Source: Saccostrea echinata (Eukaryota). Taken from it: a stretch of 64,000 nucleotides of DNA. Location: positions 2,170,001 through 2,234,000 of the forward strand of contig NW_026889753.1 of NCBI RefSeq assembly GCF_033153115.1, written 5' to 3'. Positions 26,891 to 39,855 of the stretch are shown piece by piece. Position 1 is the stretch's first letter, and every line of letters starts with the position of its first letter. The notes beneath the pieces were generated by a model. The model ran no database searches. It worked only from the letters and a program-made list of their open reading frames with translations, and was not told where the DNA came from. The position numbers and the translations under genes were made by a program.

Positions 26891-29800
26891 TCCATCTCTG
26901 AAACATATAGGATGCATTACATGACTATTAACTTGTGTCTTGGATTGTTTAAACTTGTATGTTGATTACTACCGGTACATATGTGTATAATGAACTCTTA
27001 ACATTTGAATTCTTTGTTAATGAACTGTAAATTTTAGATTCAGTAATTAGGCTGCTAACAAAAACTGAAAGTCAACTGTCCTTTGGACAAGTTGTTGACT
27101 AATTTCACTTGAATGAGTTGTTTAACTGTTAACAGATCCTTATACAAGTAAGAAAAAATATTTTTTCCCCTTTTGTCTATTCCAGATACTAGTGACATTA
27201 AATATTCTTCTGCATTTCTATTAACATCCTTTTTCTAATGGTGTTGTTTTTCTGACTTATAATAATGCAGCATTAAAGTGTCTAAATCATGCTGAAGACA
27301 ATTTATTACCATAGTTGTTATCAAGGCATATTATTAAACAGTGCATAACATTGTTTTATGGACTTAGCTGATCTTGAATACAAATTGCAAGAAATTTCAT
27401 CCTTTAAATTTCTTGGAGCAAGTTATTCAGTTGCCTAATTTAATAAACTCTTCTTTGGGGAAGTTGACTTATCAGAAAAAGAAATCAGTTGGAAATGGAT
27501 GAAAAGTCCAGAGTTTTCAAACTGAAAACCTATGGAATGTGAACTTCAGTTTAAGCAAGTGGAACAAACCATATACAGGTAAACTTTGGTATCTCGACAT
27601 CGGATATGTCGACAACCTGGGATATGTCGACGTCCTTCCGCGGTCCCGGCAGTATTTACTATATAAATGATTTCCAAAAACCCTGATATGTCGACCTCGG
27701 TAATGTCGACAACCCGGGTTATCTCGACGTATATTCACAGTCCCAAGAGTAAAATTTACCTGGTATATGTCTACATCGGCAATTTTCTGCTCTACTGAAC
27801 CTAACTGTTTGTCAGATAGGGTCACTCGTCACACGCAGACGACTCCGGGTATCTCGACGTCGTCAAAATTTCACACCTTTCACACCCATGTTTTGACTGC
27901 ACACTGCTTAATTAATTCTATAGACTCTGTTTGTAGGTGAATCCCAAGCCCCCTCGGCGACTTTGGGAAGTTAATTGCTTAATGTTCAACTTGGGTAATA
28001 TCATTGCTTAATCTACACGATTCTGCGTAAATGTACAGACGGTTATATATATCGAAACCTAACATAACTTTTAAATATGAAAAAGATAACTAAAATTCAA
28101 TGAATAACAAACACACTGAATAATTCAAACGAAGGAATTAAAAGATGTTTTAATGATATTTTGTAGTTAAAATGTATTCAACAGGAAACAATCCAACTAA
28201 CGACACAATTGACCGAATCAGCAGTAATTCATGCATCTGTAACATCACTACGTTAGTTTAAATACACAAATCTCTTTAAATAATTAATTTTAATGTACAT
28301 TCTTCCTGAATGAAATAAGAAAAAATAATCCGCATTAATTTTTTTCCGTATATCGGATGTTGACTTTTATACGGTTCGAAGTTTATAGAGCGCATTTCGT
28401 ATCCTGTTCTGACAAAAAGGCAAGTTTAGAAGTTACACGCGAATGCTGTAACTTTGTGCTGAAACTTTGTGAATTAAGAAAGACTTCGATAAAGAACACG
28501 TTTTATATGCAAGATTTTTAAAATAACTTCTTAGATTTTTAATAAAAATAGAAGGAATTCTGAAATATGTTGAGCTACAGTCTATTATATTGAAGTCATG
28601 TACATATAATAAGCTTCTGTTTTGCTATGCATCTTGGACGTCAAGTCTCAACTCTGATATCTCGACACCTCGGATATCTCGACATTTTCCGATGGTCCCG
28701 TCGATGTCGAGATAACGAAGTTTACCTGTACCATTGTCTGTTCTGTGATTTGGTGATAACAAAATATTATAAATGAATACTTTAAATGTTATGGTTTACT
28801 GACCCTCTGATAAAAGAGACAACTCTCCCAGGAATTAATGAACATTTTTTTTGTTTGTGTATTGTTTAACGTCCCTCTCCAGAATTTTTCACTCATATGG
28901 AGACGCCACCACTTGCCGGTGGAGAGCAGACTTGTCGAAATCCGTCAGTCCTGTCGGCAAGGCCGGTAAAAATTTGTCTGGACTGACAACTTTTAAGAAA
29001 ACGTCGGTCCAAATGACCGTTTGAAAAAATCGAGCGTGATGCAAATTTAATACAGGTCGGGATCGGGATGCTTAGCTGAAGGTCACAAACACAGACAAAA
29101 AAATGGCCACGTACATGGCGTGTTGACGATAGCCAATTAAATTTGTGATAGCAAAGTCATAAAACGTGTCATTTATGTCTTTTATTAAAGACTTTCTATC
29201 CCAAGGAAGGAAACTTGTAAGATTGAAGGCTGTTGAAAATAATCCAGGGCATTTTGGTGCTGTTATTCATATGACTTTCACAGTGTCAAAATAAGGTACA
29301 TGTATCTGGTCTGACAAAACTTGACAGTGCACTTAAAAGTACTTGTGCATTTCCTCTTTATTTGTCAACTTGACCAGACTAACAACCCTTTTCTTGTAAA
29401 CATTAGAAAATTGTTAAGAATATCAATGTCTAGTTCTGAATTTACCCACATATTTTTTTCTTCACTTTTCCTGCATTGAAGAACATGTGACACAGTGTAT
29501 TGACTTTAGTATATTGATCTCCCTCCTACTCCTTTATGACAACATGTACATGACTCTGGAATGTTAAACCTTAAGTTCTAAAATTCTGTCTTACCTTCAC
29601 AATAAGCCTGGATGGCCTTAGCTACATCATACTCGTAGTACTGCAAGACTAAAATGATTTCATTGTTGCTTTTCCCCAGGATAACTTCTCGTACTGCATT
29701 CACCTATGAGTAAAACAATTATAAATATTACTTTTTCACCTATACATCTTTTTTTGTCATGGCATTTACAATTTACTTTCAATAAAAAATTTGACTCATT

Positions 29801-32800
29801 ATATAGTGTATCCAACAAGAACTGCATTTCTGTGATTACACCCAGCTCATAGATGTAGTATAATTTGTGGATTGTAATTATTGCATTTTGACCCCTTGTT
29901 AAAGAAATTTTAAATTTCTAACCAAAAAATAAGAAATTTGAATATTTTGGTTATTTTTCTTTTTTTTTTTTTTTTGGAGGGAAAATTGATTTGACAATAA
30001 AAATTGTGCATTCACAGAAACAACCCTTTACATATCACTGAAACATGAAATCTTGGAAACTTAAAATAGAACAGTGTTTTATCTGTCATACTTTGATGAT
30101 CGATTGTTTTAGGGGAACTAAGAAAAATGAATTATATCCTGGCACCCCATTTTGTTTGTTCCCACCTTTTCCTTGATATTCTCTTGCGCTAGGGAAACTT
30201 CTGCCATGACCGCTTTAGTTCTTGTATCAAAGTGTATTGTTCCCGAGTTTTCTGAAAAAAAAAACAAGGCAACATATTACTTTCCTGTACTACATGTATT
30301 TACTATTATGCACTTGATGTATCAGTACTTTGAAATAGAAACTAGTTTTTACTTTGATAAACATGTAAAAAATGCTACCATATGGCTGTATATTAAGCCT
30401 ATGACAATCTATAAACAAATTGTTGTGATAAAACTTGGATAAAAATTAATCTGTAACTGTTGGTTTTACAATGTGTTCTGGCTACAATTTTGTTTTAAAG
30501 AAAAATCAATTTTCTAGAATACTGCAACATCCTAAAACAACATGAAATTTTAACTTTAAGCAGTATGCTGGTTAGCTTTCAAAAGCAGCTTATATTTAAA
30601 AAAAAAAAATCCCCTTTATTGATTTGGACTGTATCAGGTCTTTGGTCTACAAACACATGCATACTCAATGAAAAGCTTTCAAAGAGGAGTTTTTCAAGGT
30701 TCCAGGAATACTACTGAGCCAGTAAATTAAATATCTTATTAATAAATCATGATTACAGTACCATCCATTATGTTAAAGACTGAAGATCCCATATGAACTT
30801 GCCATTTCCCCCACACACATTATATTAAGAGATTACAATGTTATATAAGGATAATTTTAACTAGGCCGAGTCTAATCATTTCTACCCTAGAGATTTTGAT
30901 AAATTTTCTTTAATTAATTTTTACTGTTAAATCGAATGTTTACCGTCCTGATTTCTTAGAGGGTCATCTCAAAAATTGTCAAATTTTACTATTGGACCCT
31001 ATGGGAATTTGTTGGAAAAGCACCTATCACATTTTTTCCATATTTTTTGTATTTCTACCCTAGAGATTTCTTTTTCAGCTAAGTACATGAAAGTTATTGT
31101 AAAAAGCCACCAAATTGTGAAGTTTAAAAAAAGTTGACCATCTAGGTTGGTTTAGGAATTATTATAAAGTTTATTTTTTCAAGGCCCAATACGTCTAAAA
31201 TTGCCATATTGCAGTATATGTATATATTGTTGCAGATGAATTATCGGCGCAGATGAATTACTTTGTTAAAATATAGCATTGTTTAGATTGCTAGTATGTT
31301 TCTTTTGATGTTCTGTCAACAGTTTTTAGTAAAATATCCATGGACGTCTTGAATATACAAGCAAGTCATGTGTCATTCTTAAGCGTCATGCATTGCTGAC
31401 AAAATCGGAAAACAGTGACGTCGTTAGATCCATTTCAGCATTTTTCCTAATTATTGTCGTAAAAGCACATTTTCAGATCCATAGGCATTACAGATAATGT
31501 TAATTTTGTATTAAAATCACAATATTTGGGAAAAGTGTAATGTCGCATATATGACTGAGTGAAATTAGCTGCGCAAAGTCATGCGCACTCAAATTAGACT
31601 CAGCCTTGTTAAATTCTAATTCACTACAGCATCATTCAGGAGACCATAGTCAAAATGAAATATAAAACAAATTCTGACTCAATTTGTAAATAAAGATGTG
31701 TGCACATGATTATTATTATTTTTTTTGTTTGAATAAAGACTTAACTAATTCAAAGTGATATGAAATATATCCAAGTCGTATAAATAACCTTAATTAAAGT
31801 GAATGTTGTCAAAAAAAATTAAGTCATAATACCATATGAACACAGTATATTTCATAAATATATTGCAATAATACACTGTACAAGCAACCTATTTTGAAAT
31901 ATTTTCTTTCACTGGTGCTTTGTAGGATTTGATGTTCTCAATAATGTGACATAATTATTTCAAGTTTTAAAGGAGTACCTTGGATTCTATTCCAGGGCTA
32001 ATTGCACAATGTACAGTGCATAAGCATTCTCAAAGAACTCATGTAATTTTCTCCACTAACATAGATCAGTAACCAATTATATATATAAATACATACAGGA
32101 AGTCTTAGTTGAACCAATCATGAACCAAAACGTATGAAATCCCCCCTCTACTGATTTACGTAAACAACTGCTGTATTTACCAACCACAATACCACTATCA
32201 AAGAAAAAAGCCACTCAACAAATGCATTCATGCATTTGTTGACACATGGTTAATGAGTACTATAAGATTTTCAGCTGTACTTTTAACTACTTATTTGTTA
32301 ACAGTTTTTGAACTTTACATGTCCTTTGTAAAATACCAAGATAACTTGAAATGATCACACATGAAATTTGAAAAAATCACTTCATTTGTGTAATACATAA
32401 ATACAAAAAAATTGTTTTGTTTTAACCGTCAAGAAAATATAATCAATAATTGCAATTAGACCCACTTTTTAAACTTTCACATTTAAATTCAAAATAAACA
32501 ATTTCTTCCCTCAGCAAACAAAAACATGTGCAGGCAAGATGTTTGTCAGAAACAGCATTAAACATCCTTATCAACCAGGCAAGAGTGCAGGTTTCTACAA
32601 ACCAATTCAAGTTACATACATAATTTCAAATTAATTTCTCACAAAAACTATGCACTGCGAGTGTTTCACACATATCGAAACTTTTACAAGTACCAGTGCA
32701 CAGTTTCAAGTTTTTTCTTGCATCATTATCTGGGTTCTTATCAATTCTCAAAAATAATTTCTTTAGGGCTGTTAGCAATGGCTTACATACATGTGTATAC

Positions 32801-35800
32801 ATAAATGTGACCAAAAAAACAAAAAAACACTGTGGTATAGAGCTAAGCCATTACACACAAAGCCTTCAATACTATTAGTACAAAGTCTTGTCATACATTA
32901 GTGGCCATCCACTGTTACAAGAATTCATATAAACAAAAGGATTATGTTGATTTCTCAAAAAATGTCAATAGTTTTTTTTTCCAATGTTAATAGCCTCTGT
33001 CTGTATATTGCACAATTTTTATAAATGTTTCATTTCAAATTTCTTATGCAGTGCAAGTATACTTTCCAACTTCAGCTAATTAACACTAGCCATACATCAG
33101 TATGTCACTGCATATATAGCTACCATGTCAGAAAGTTACAGGGAATGCAGTCGAAATTTATTGCTTTAATTACCCATGAGCACTTTTGATAAGGTGATAA
33201 AAAGGTTATGCTTAATTAAAACTAGGTCATTCTGTTTGAAAATCAATATTAAAACCACTTCTGCATATACCCATATACAAACTGCCAAACTGTTTGTTCA
33301 ACACGATGATGACAATGCTCCTTTGACATTTATATTGATCTATCAGGACTCTGTACGTCATCTAAGATCAGTATCCAAGCAAGCACTTAATTTTTTTTAA
33401 TATTTAAATTATGAATTTTGGTAGTATACAAAACCAGGTCCTTTTTTTTTATTGAACTGGGAAATATTTTAGTCCTTCTGATCTTTACAATAGTGACAGC
33501 TTGACAGATAGACTGTAGAGAACACACCTAATCCAAATTTGCTTGAAGTGTAACAGAATATTTATGTGTAAGAAAGTGTGAGACATAAACACCTTTACCT
33601 ATTGCAAAGGTAGTACATACTTTTATACCTGTGCATTAGGATTTGGATCAAAGCATGAGGGGGATCAATGGTTTCACTTTTGCTAAGAGAGCTTCATAGG
33701 TTCAAAATACTAAGAAAGTTATTACATGTACTTGATCATTGAATGTTATGGATTATAAAAGTGTGGGGTAGAAAATGAGGCTATTACAGTAGAGGAACTA
33801 CTACTGAGCTCATATTTCGACTAAATTCCTATTTATACTGGGACAGATCTAGGATTTAAAGTGAGAGATGCCAGTTGATTATAGGCAGGAGGTCTGGGAG
33901 CCACCTTGAGCTGAGTCCAGGTCAAGGCCTTGGCGGGGGGGGGGGGGGGGGGGGGGGGGCTCCAGGAGCTCCTGGATTTTAGTTTGCCAGATAAAAATGA
34001 AGTCTTTTAGTGTTTTAAAAGTAGAAAAATTTACTATTTTCTGTCCCCTTGATTACAGATGAGAATTAGGTTATAATACATGTACTACCAAAATATTTTA
34101 AAGTCTGTAGAAAAAAAGCCTAGAAGCCAAGTCTCCAGAAGTTCCTACATTATATACTATTATATTAAAATATTTGAAATGAAACCTATTATTTACACAC
34201 CTCAATCTGATAAATTTATCATGTACTAGAACTGTTAAAAGAAGGAACCAAGATTTATCTTGAATTTGACAATTTACTTTAAGCCCCCTACCCTCCTTAT
34301 CAGAATCTGCTGCTGCTATATAGAAATACATGTACATATAAATAGATTAGTAAAAAAAAAAAAAAGCTTCAAAGGTCATTTTAATTAGAAAAACTAATTT
34401 CTAATTTATTTTTAAATAAATTTAAAACTTCATACATTAAGTAACTCTTATAAAATCAAAACTGATATTATAAATATGTCATATGAAGAAAAATAACATT
34501 TCCTTGTATTCTTCAGAACTTTTAGTAATAAAGCACATGGCATTCTGTTCATTTTAGTGGTGTTTTGACATCTTTATATTATCCAATACTGAAATTTATG
34601 TATTTATGATGTATTTATGTAAACATGTGGCATGATGCGCAAAATAAAATCAGTCCTATTATAATGTAGTCCTTAATTACTTACTATAAATGGTCCAATA
34701 ATTGGGATTTATGAAAAATTCATATTGCACTCTCATTTAAAAAAATATATCTAAGATCAGGATTTATCCAATATAAAAATTATGAAATCAGGCCCCATTC
34801 CCAATGCAAAAAAATGGTACCTTCTTTCGCAACTGAATTTATTAATTTTCTTATTTGTCACCCTAAAATTAAAGATCATATATTAAATTTGAATAGATAA
34901 CTTAAATACTCATGTTCCTGTTTGTGTATATTGCAGAACAGATAAAAATTTAAAAACAAAACACCAGAAACCCAAAATACATGTACTAGTATATGAATAA
35001 CAATTTTCCCAAAACATGTATTCTCTGCTTCCCAATTTAACTGCCAGGAGCCCTGGCCAGTCTGTACCAGAAAAGGGTTTGAGAATCATGGAAATTCAGC
35101 AGTACCAACTTAATCAGAACATAAATACATCTAACATTAATGTTTGATGCACATGGGCTCCAGAAAAACTGTGCATTAATTGATTGTTTAAAAATCCAAT
35201 TGTTTTAAGCTTACTGATTCTGTGCATGTCATATGGTAAAGTGGTAACTTGTTCAATAAATTTAACTCCAATTTCTCCACATTTACCTCTCAATGATAAC
35301 AATTTCCTTGGGTATGACACTAATTTTCATGATATATATACATATATATATATCAAATGCATACAAATAATCCCACCCTTTCAAACACATGCAATAGAGT
35401 CACATTTGACAACACTGAAAATTTAGTTTTTCATGTGCATCTATGTGCATTTACAGCCCTCAAGAATTACTAAATTCTGAGAACACACAATTTTTCTTGT
35501 TACAGACTGGTAATTTCATATACTGAATTGCAGATTTGATTCTTAATAATATTTCTTGCATTTTTCTTCAACAGTACATGGCTCACTCAATATTTAATTC
35601 AACAATATTTAATCAATTCTCTACATATTTTTTTTTTTATCGATAAGCAGATACATGCAGACTTGACTTCTAGCCTACCCATCTTTAATTTCTTACTTTA
35701 TTCATTGTGAGTCAAAAAGGCAAATATTGGTTCACACTGTTATACAACTCATTTATGCTGACCTGATAGTAAACAATACACCTTCTTGACTCAACATTCC

Positions 35801-36282
35801 ACAAGTAGTTGTTCATATATTTAGTTTTTGAGATGCATTGACATGATTAAATCTGAATTCAGTAAACTGAACATGCATTTAACAGACATCTAGCTCTTTC
35901 ACTTGATGAAATTACTTTGTTAATCTACGTTACATAAATATACTGATGTCAACATGAAACCGGTTTTTAATACATCCCTCTTTTTTGCAATGTACATAAA
36001 TTCTTCCCCTATGAACCAACGTATGCCAGTCATAACTATAATTTCAACAAATTTTACACGACAAAACAATGAAAATAAAACGTTTGTTTGACGTAGCTTC
36101 GTGGGAAATGTTCCCAGGTTGCAGAAGAATCATTGCTTGTTATGAAAACCGATGTTACACAAAATAAACAGACGATAGTTTCTCAAACATTACAAGCTGA
36201 AAAACACAAGCTTGCCGTATGTAATACTACGAAAACTTAATAAATGAACAATACCTGATCGAATACCGTTTTTCCTTGCCAT
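13282..36282 (-). CDS. SPATS2: SPATS2/SPATS2L-family protein (DUF1387 coiled-coil region, RG/RGG-rich C-terminus); complete, 16 coding exons, 659 aa
   Basis: Manually spliced GT-AG exons, in transcription order: 36282-36255, 30251-30166, 29703-29595, 24678-24632, 22759-22603, 21172-20888, 19582-19502, 19249-19120, 18967-18909, 18686-18577, 17163-17083, 16817-16796, 16573-16451, 14768-14671, 14493-14409, 13760-13282. Total 1980 nt with all phases compatible. Translation includes [18 protein letters not shown]...[40 protein letters not shown]...[21 protein letters not shown] and [26 protein letters not shown]...EMDKVK...[19 protein letters not shown]. From memory these match human SPATS2 motifs ([23 protein letters not shown]; IEKSVKDLQR; ELRADIKHFVSERKYDEDL). 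Probably co-orthologous to both vertebrate paralogues. Confidence 0.93.
13786..14350 (+). repeat. Decayed HINE-like element with ~116-bp repeats in the last SPATS2 intron
   Basis: GTGACCTACTTTTGGGTCA at 13931 and 14047, degenerate at ~14165. GATGGATGGAC tract at ~14283. Confidence 0.45.
15435..16236. mobile_element. Non-autonomous DNA transposon with TAG termini, ~100-bp imperfect TIRs and a 9-bp TSD (AcademH- or MULE-like)
   Basis: TIR TAGCTGCAATAATGTAGCCCTCTCCGATTTT versus AAAATCGGAGAGGGCTACATTATTGCAACTA. Perfect TSD AGCTTGACT at 15426-15434 and 16237-16245. Confidence 0.85.
17196..18497. mobile_element. Harbinger-like MITE (GGCC termini) filling most of SPATS2 intron 10
   Basis: GGCCAGAATAAAATTATTGTTTGTTTGGAATTGCC versus GGCAATTCTAAACAAACATTTTT..GGCC. 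It hosts the element at 17408-18346. Confidence 0.6.
17408..18346. mobile_element. Tc1/mariner-pogo-type MITE with subterminal CTCGA repeats, TA TSD
   Basis: TA-CATGTAACTCTTGAT...ATCGAGAGTTACCTG-TA, with many (G)ATCTCTCGAA motifs near both ends. Confidence 0.8.
21736..22532. mobile_element. hAT-like MITE with 5-bp TSD (hAT5-type)
   Basis: TIR CAGGGATTTATCAG / CTGATAAATCCCTG. CTATT is duplicated at 21731-21735 and 22533-22537. Confidence 0.8.
22783..22854. repeat. (TA)36 microsatellite
   Basis: Perfect 72-nt TA run. Confidence 0.97.
23020..24290. mobile_element. Tc1/mariner-pogo-type MITE, TA TSD, with a nested MITE
   Basis: TA-CAGTGCCCACTGTCCAATCCGACA...TGTCGGATAAGACAGGTTTCACTG-TA, with subterminal CTGTC(C/T)AATCCGACA repeats. 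Confidence 0.7.
23672..23845. mobile_element. Small CAGTAAAAC-ended MITE nested in 23020-24290
   Basis: TA-CAGTAAAACTC...AAGTTTTACTG-CA, with internal TATATCCG repeats. Confidence 0.7.
25087..26890 (+). mobile_element. Full-length Helentron-associated element (HINE) with about 9 central ~167-bp satellite units (Cg170-like)
   Basis: 5' AACAAGA, palindrome GGCCCATGGGCC and sub-terminal repeat GCTCACCTGAG (25111-25121). Unit anchor CTATTGTGG at 25171, 25333, 25500, 25669, 25833, 26001, 26170, 26324 and 26491. GGAT/GGAC/AGAC tract at ~26786-26835. 3' hairpin AAAGCTCACTTGAGCTTT, then CTCAGGTGAGC (26874-26884) and an A-run. Confidence 0.9.
27576..28728. mobile_element. Tc1/mariner-pogo-type MITE with GTCGAC/CTCGAC subterminal repeats, TA TSD
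   Basis: TA-CAGGTAAACTTTGGTATCTCGACATC...GATGTCGAGATAACGAAGTTTACCTG-TA. Confidence 0.85.
28849..28925 (-). mobile_element. SINE 3' fragment
   Basis: TTTGTTTGTGTATTGTTTAACGTCCCTCTCCAGAATTTTTCACTCATATGGAGACGCCACCACTTGCCGGTG is homologous to 8016-8140. Confidence 0.55.
30861..31608. mobile_element. TTAA-flanked TIR element (superfamily uncertain)
   Basis: TTAA-CTAGGCCGAGTCTAAT...ATTAGACTCAGCCTTG-TTAA. Confidence 0.7.
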
Positions 36283-36404
36283 CTTTGTCAAATATCGCTT
36301 GTGCTAGAAAGTTGCAGAGTACTGCCACTTCTACCGGAAGTGCTGCCTATTTCATGCGAAAATTTTACTAGTTCCGGAACAAACGAGTTAGATTTCGCGC
36401 CAAT
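36278..36404 (-). promoter_or_regulatory. SPATS2 putative core promoter: YY1-like, ETS, E2F and CCAAT motifs
   Basis: AAGATGGC overlaps the ATG (36278-36285, minus strand). CCGGAAGT at 36334-36341, TTTCGCGC at 36393-36400 and CCAAT at 36400-36404 lie directly upstream of coding exon 1. Motif matches only. Confidence 0.55.
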
Positions 36405-36775
36405 ATTTAAAGATTAAACAAATAAAATTAATGCAATGGAAGTGTGCGAAAGCAGAAGAATTACTGCTTCTTATGAAACCGATGTTAAACAAAAATTAAC
36501 ATACATTTTTAATCACTGTTACTATTTAAAATAATGATACTAATACTAAAATAATAATCACATAACTGAAATATTCTGTTTGAATCATAAAATTATTTCC
36601 GGGCATATTTAATTCATTAAAGATCATAAAACAGGCAAGTTTAGGCATGCATCTGTTTTTTTTGTTGTTTTTTTTTTATTTAAAAGAAAATATTGTAGAC
36701 ATTGGATATGAGTCACCCACAAGACAACTCACCACTACAGGGTCGATCCAGCAACTGTAACATGTCAGACTCGGT

Positions 36776-36805
36776 ATTTTTTTAAGAGAGAGAGAGAGTG
36801 TGTGT

Positions 36806-36837
<32 letters not shown>

Positions 36838-37523
36838 ACTTCATTTGTTAAACCGGCGTACGCCGAATGCGCCGCTTGATCTTTGGTAACCCGGCTTGTT
36901 GCTTCATTTGAATGGGGAAGGTTCGACGGCATACGCCGATCTCGCCGGTCATTTTTTTAAGAGAGAGAGAGAGTGTGTGTAAGAGAGAGAGAGAGAGAGA
37001 GGTGGGACTTCATTTGTTAAACCGGCGTACGCCGAATGCGCCGCTTGATCTTTGGTAACCCGGCTTGTTGCTTCATTTGACCGGGGAAGGTTCGACGGCA
37101 TACGCCGATCTCGCCGGTCTGAAATGACCGGCGAGCAATTCGCCGGTCTTAGAAATATGGCGGGAAGATAAAACACCTTATAAAATGAGGATACTTTTTA
37201 CCAATTCGGCATATTCTTTAATTGTTTACTTTTCTTGAACAAATCTCCATTCATGTATTTAAAATCCGTTCTTATTTTCTACAAATAATTTTTTTCATCA
37301 ATTCCATGACTTTTTTAAAAATTGAATTTCTAATTATCCAACCTTTTTTTCGCTAAGACATAACGTAAAAAGTGATAGATCTTAATTCATTGATTGTTAT
37401 ATAGTATAATTATTTTTTGTTTTCGCCGGTTTACTTCATTTGCCAGCCGGTTAGCCGTTTTACGCCGATCATATGACCGGCGCAATTCGGCGTACGCCGA
37501 CCTGTGACAAATGAAGTCGGCCC
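36776..37523. mobile_element. CpG-rich MITE in a (GA)n tract, with a tandem duplication of its left end plus flank
   Basis: TIR GACTTCATTTGTTAAACCGGCGTACGCCGAAT versus ATTCGGCGTACGCCGACCTGTGACAAATGAAGTC. 36776-36950 is repeated at 36951-37119. Confidence 0.8.
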
Positions 37524-38769
37524 AGAGAGAGAACTTGTCCAAACCTCAAAATCCGCAACAACTCGCTGTTGTGAATTATTTATACATTTACTGTGTTGGA
37601 TGTATTTTTTATGTATATCAAAATAAATAATGATATATGTATTCTGATCAGTTATATTTGTTGCGCTAATTCCGCTTCAAAATATTTTTAATGCAAAAAA
37701 AAAAAAAAAAAAATTTAAAACGACTTTTATTTGTTTTTACAAATAGACTGGAGTGTAGAGCACTTGTCTTAAGGTGTAGTATCCCTCTGATAAGAGAGAT
37801 AACTTTCAAAGGAAATTATTCCAAGCAATGCAATGAATTTTCTTACCTGAGTTTAATAATGAAGACCATTGTATAGTCAACTCAGGCGAACCTGAATTAT
37901 GCTACAAATAATGAGAACTTTCTATTTTCTATTGCCAATATTTTTATTAATTACTTATTATATAATAGTTTACCTTAAACATGTATACTCAGATCCTTTA
38001 AATGTTAAAATTGAGATATTTCTATCTCTTTACATATAATTCTTTTAATTGTTATTGAAATTTCAGATGCAGAATTTGTTTTTAATCAATTAATTATTTT
38101 TTCACTAAAAATATTTTGAATAACGATAACTCCTGTATATGGAAAGATAACTCTTGTAGATGGATGCATTTTATTTTACAAGCACAGAAAACAATGTGAT
38201 ATTCTGATTTAAAATTAAAGCAACGCTTCATTATGTTTTCTAATGTGAATTAGATAGGTATGATAGTAAATATTATTTTCATTTATACCTCATATTTTTA
38301 ATTTTATGCTGGGAAAAAAAAATTATTTATCTTTCTATTCACCATATCAAATTTTCTTCATGTCATAATTAGACATAATATTCATTTCTGAAAAAGTAAG
38401 CAACGCTTCATGCTTCAAACTATTTTCCATTGGAATCTAAATGCTATTGTTGTTGATGAAAATCAGTGTTGGGAATTTAAAAAAAAAAAATGGTGAAATT
38501 TGGAGCAGAGGGATATTTCACCTTAATTAAGTGTTAAACTACTTAAAACAAGCAAATTCAAAGAATTGTGGTCCCCCGCTTTCGGTGTCTTAGTGGATGG
38601 GATGCCATTATTTATGACATATTGTAACTGTCTTGTTTGTGTGTCTTGTCTTCATATAAAAAAAGACATAAATTAGTGAATTAATGACAGCTATGGCAAA
38701 GATCATAGCTTCTCAAAACTATTTCATAGCAGAGCAAACACGGACCTTTAAGACATCAGAGGTGGGATC

Positions 38770-39240
38770 AGGTTAAAGTCATGAAGTCAAATATCATAAT
38801 ACATACGAAAGGTCTTGTCACAAGTAATGCACATGTGAAGAAAATACGAAAGCCCTGTCTCTTATGGAGCATAAAAGTTATGGTCAAGGTTAAAAAAAAA
38901 TTATAAGTAGGTCAATCTTCTAGTCAAGGTCCTGAAGTCAAAAATGGTATACTTTTCTGAAAGGTGTTGATATAGGTAATCTACATGTAGAAATATGAAA
39001 GCCCTATCTCCTCTCATTCAAAAGTTATTACAAATGTAAAATCAATTTTTAAAAAAGACTGTAGGTTAAACTTTAAGGTCTCGGTCACGAGGTCAAAAAC
39101 CAGAGTAAACAAACGGAAAGGTCTTGAAAAAAGGTAATGCCCATGTCAAATGTAAATACCATATCTACTCTCAATCAAAAGTCATCAGCAATGTTAAAAT
39201 TATAGAAAATTAAGTCAACGTCAAGGTCATAGGGTTAAAA
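38770..39240. repeat. Degenerate ~155-bp tandem array (3 units); same family as 2200-2580, opposite orientation
   Basis: GAAAGGT(C/G)TTG recurs at ~38807, ~38959 and ~39116. Confidence 0.7.
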
Positions 39241-39855
39241 AAATCATAGAATTCAAATAAAATACCCTTTACACAGGCGTAGTCACGGGGGGGGGGGGGC
39301 AGCGGGGGCACTACATTGTAGCCCCCCCCCCCCCCCACTTTCAGATATGGGCAAGAGTATATTGTAAAAATATGCCACGGGAACGCTTTAGTAAAAGGAA
39401 GACATTACAGAATTAAACAACTGTAGTGAGAGAAGTCTCGAGTCCAATAGCCAAAATTCCTGTTTCAAATTAAATGAAAATAATTTACTAAAAATGCTTT
39501 GAGACCGAAATAAAGCATTAACACAAATACATATTAATCTACATCGGGGATAACTTGTCTTAGGGGCGAGTTGTCCTGGTTCCATGGGGGAGAGGGTCCA
39601 AGAGATGCCTTTGACCCCGTTGTCTTCATATTTTACTGTCTACACATTTGTATCAAATATGTAGGCATGCATGCGCGGATCTAGGGGGGTGGGGGTGGGG
39701 TCGGGGTGCTGATCTCAGCCAATTAATCACAGATATTCAATCATATAATAAAAAGCAATTGTTAAGTATATAGATATCTAGTTCATGTAAAGATATATTT
39801 TATTCACCAATGACATGCCAAATTCAGTCACAAAATCGAGCTTTAGTTTCACAGT

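Noticed and set aside
33935-33960. Poly-G tract and other G-rich runs (~7322-7365, 39287-39337, 44929-44958) as functional G-quadruplexes
   Set aside because: They can form G4 in principle, but such runs are scattered across the window in repeat remnants, and homopolymer lengths are error-prone.
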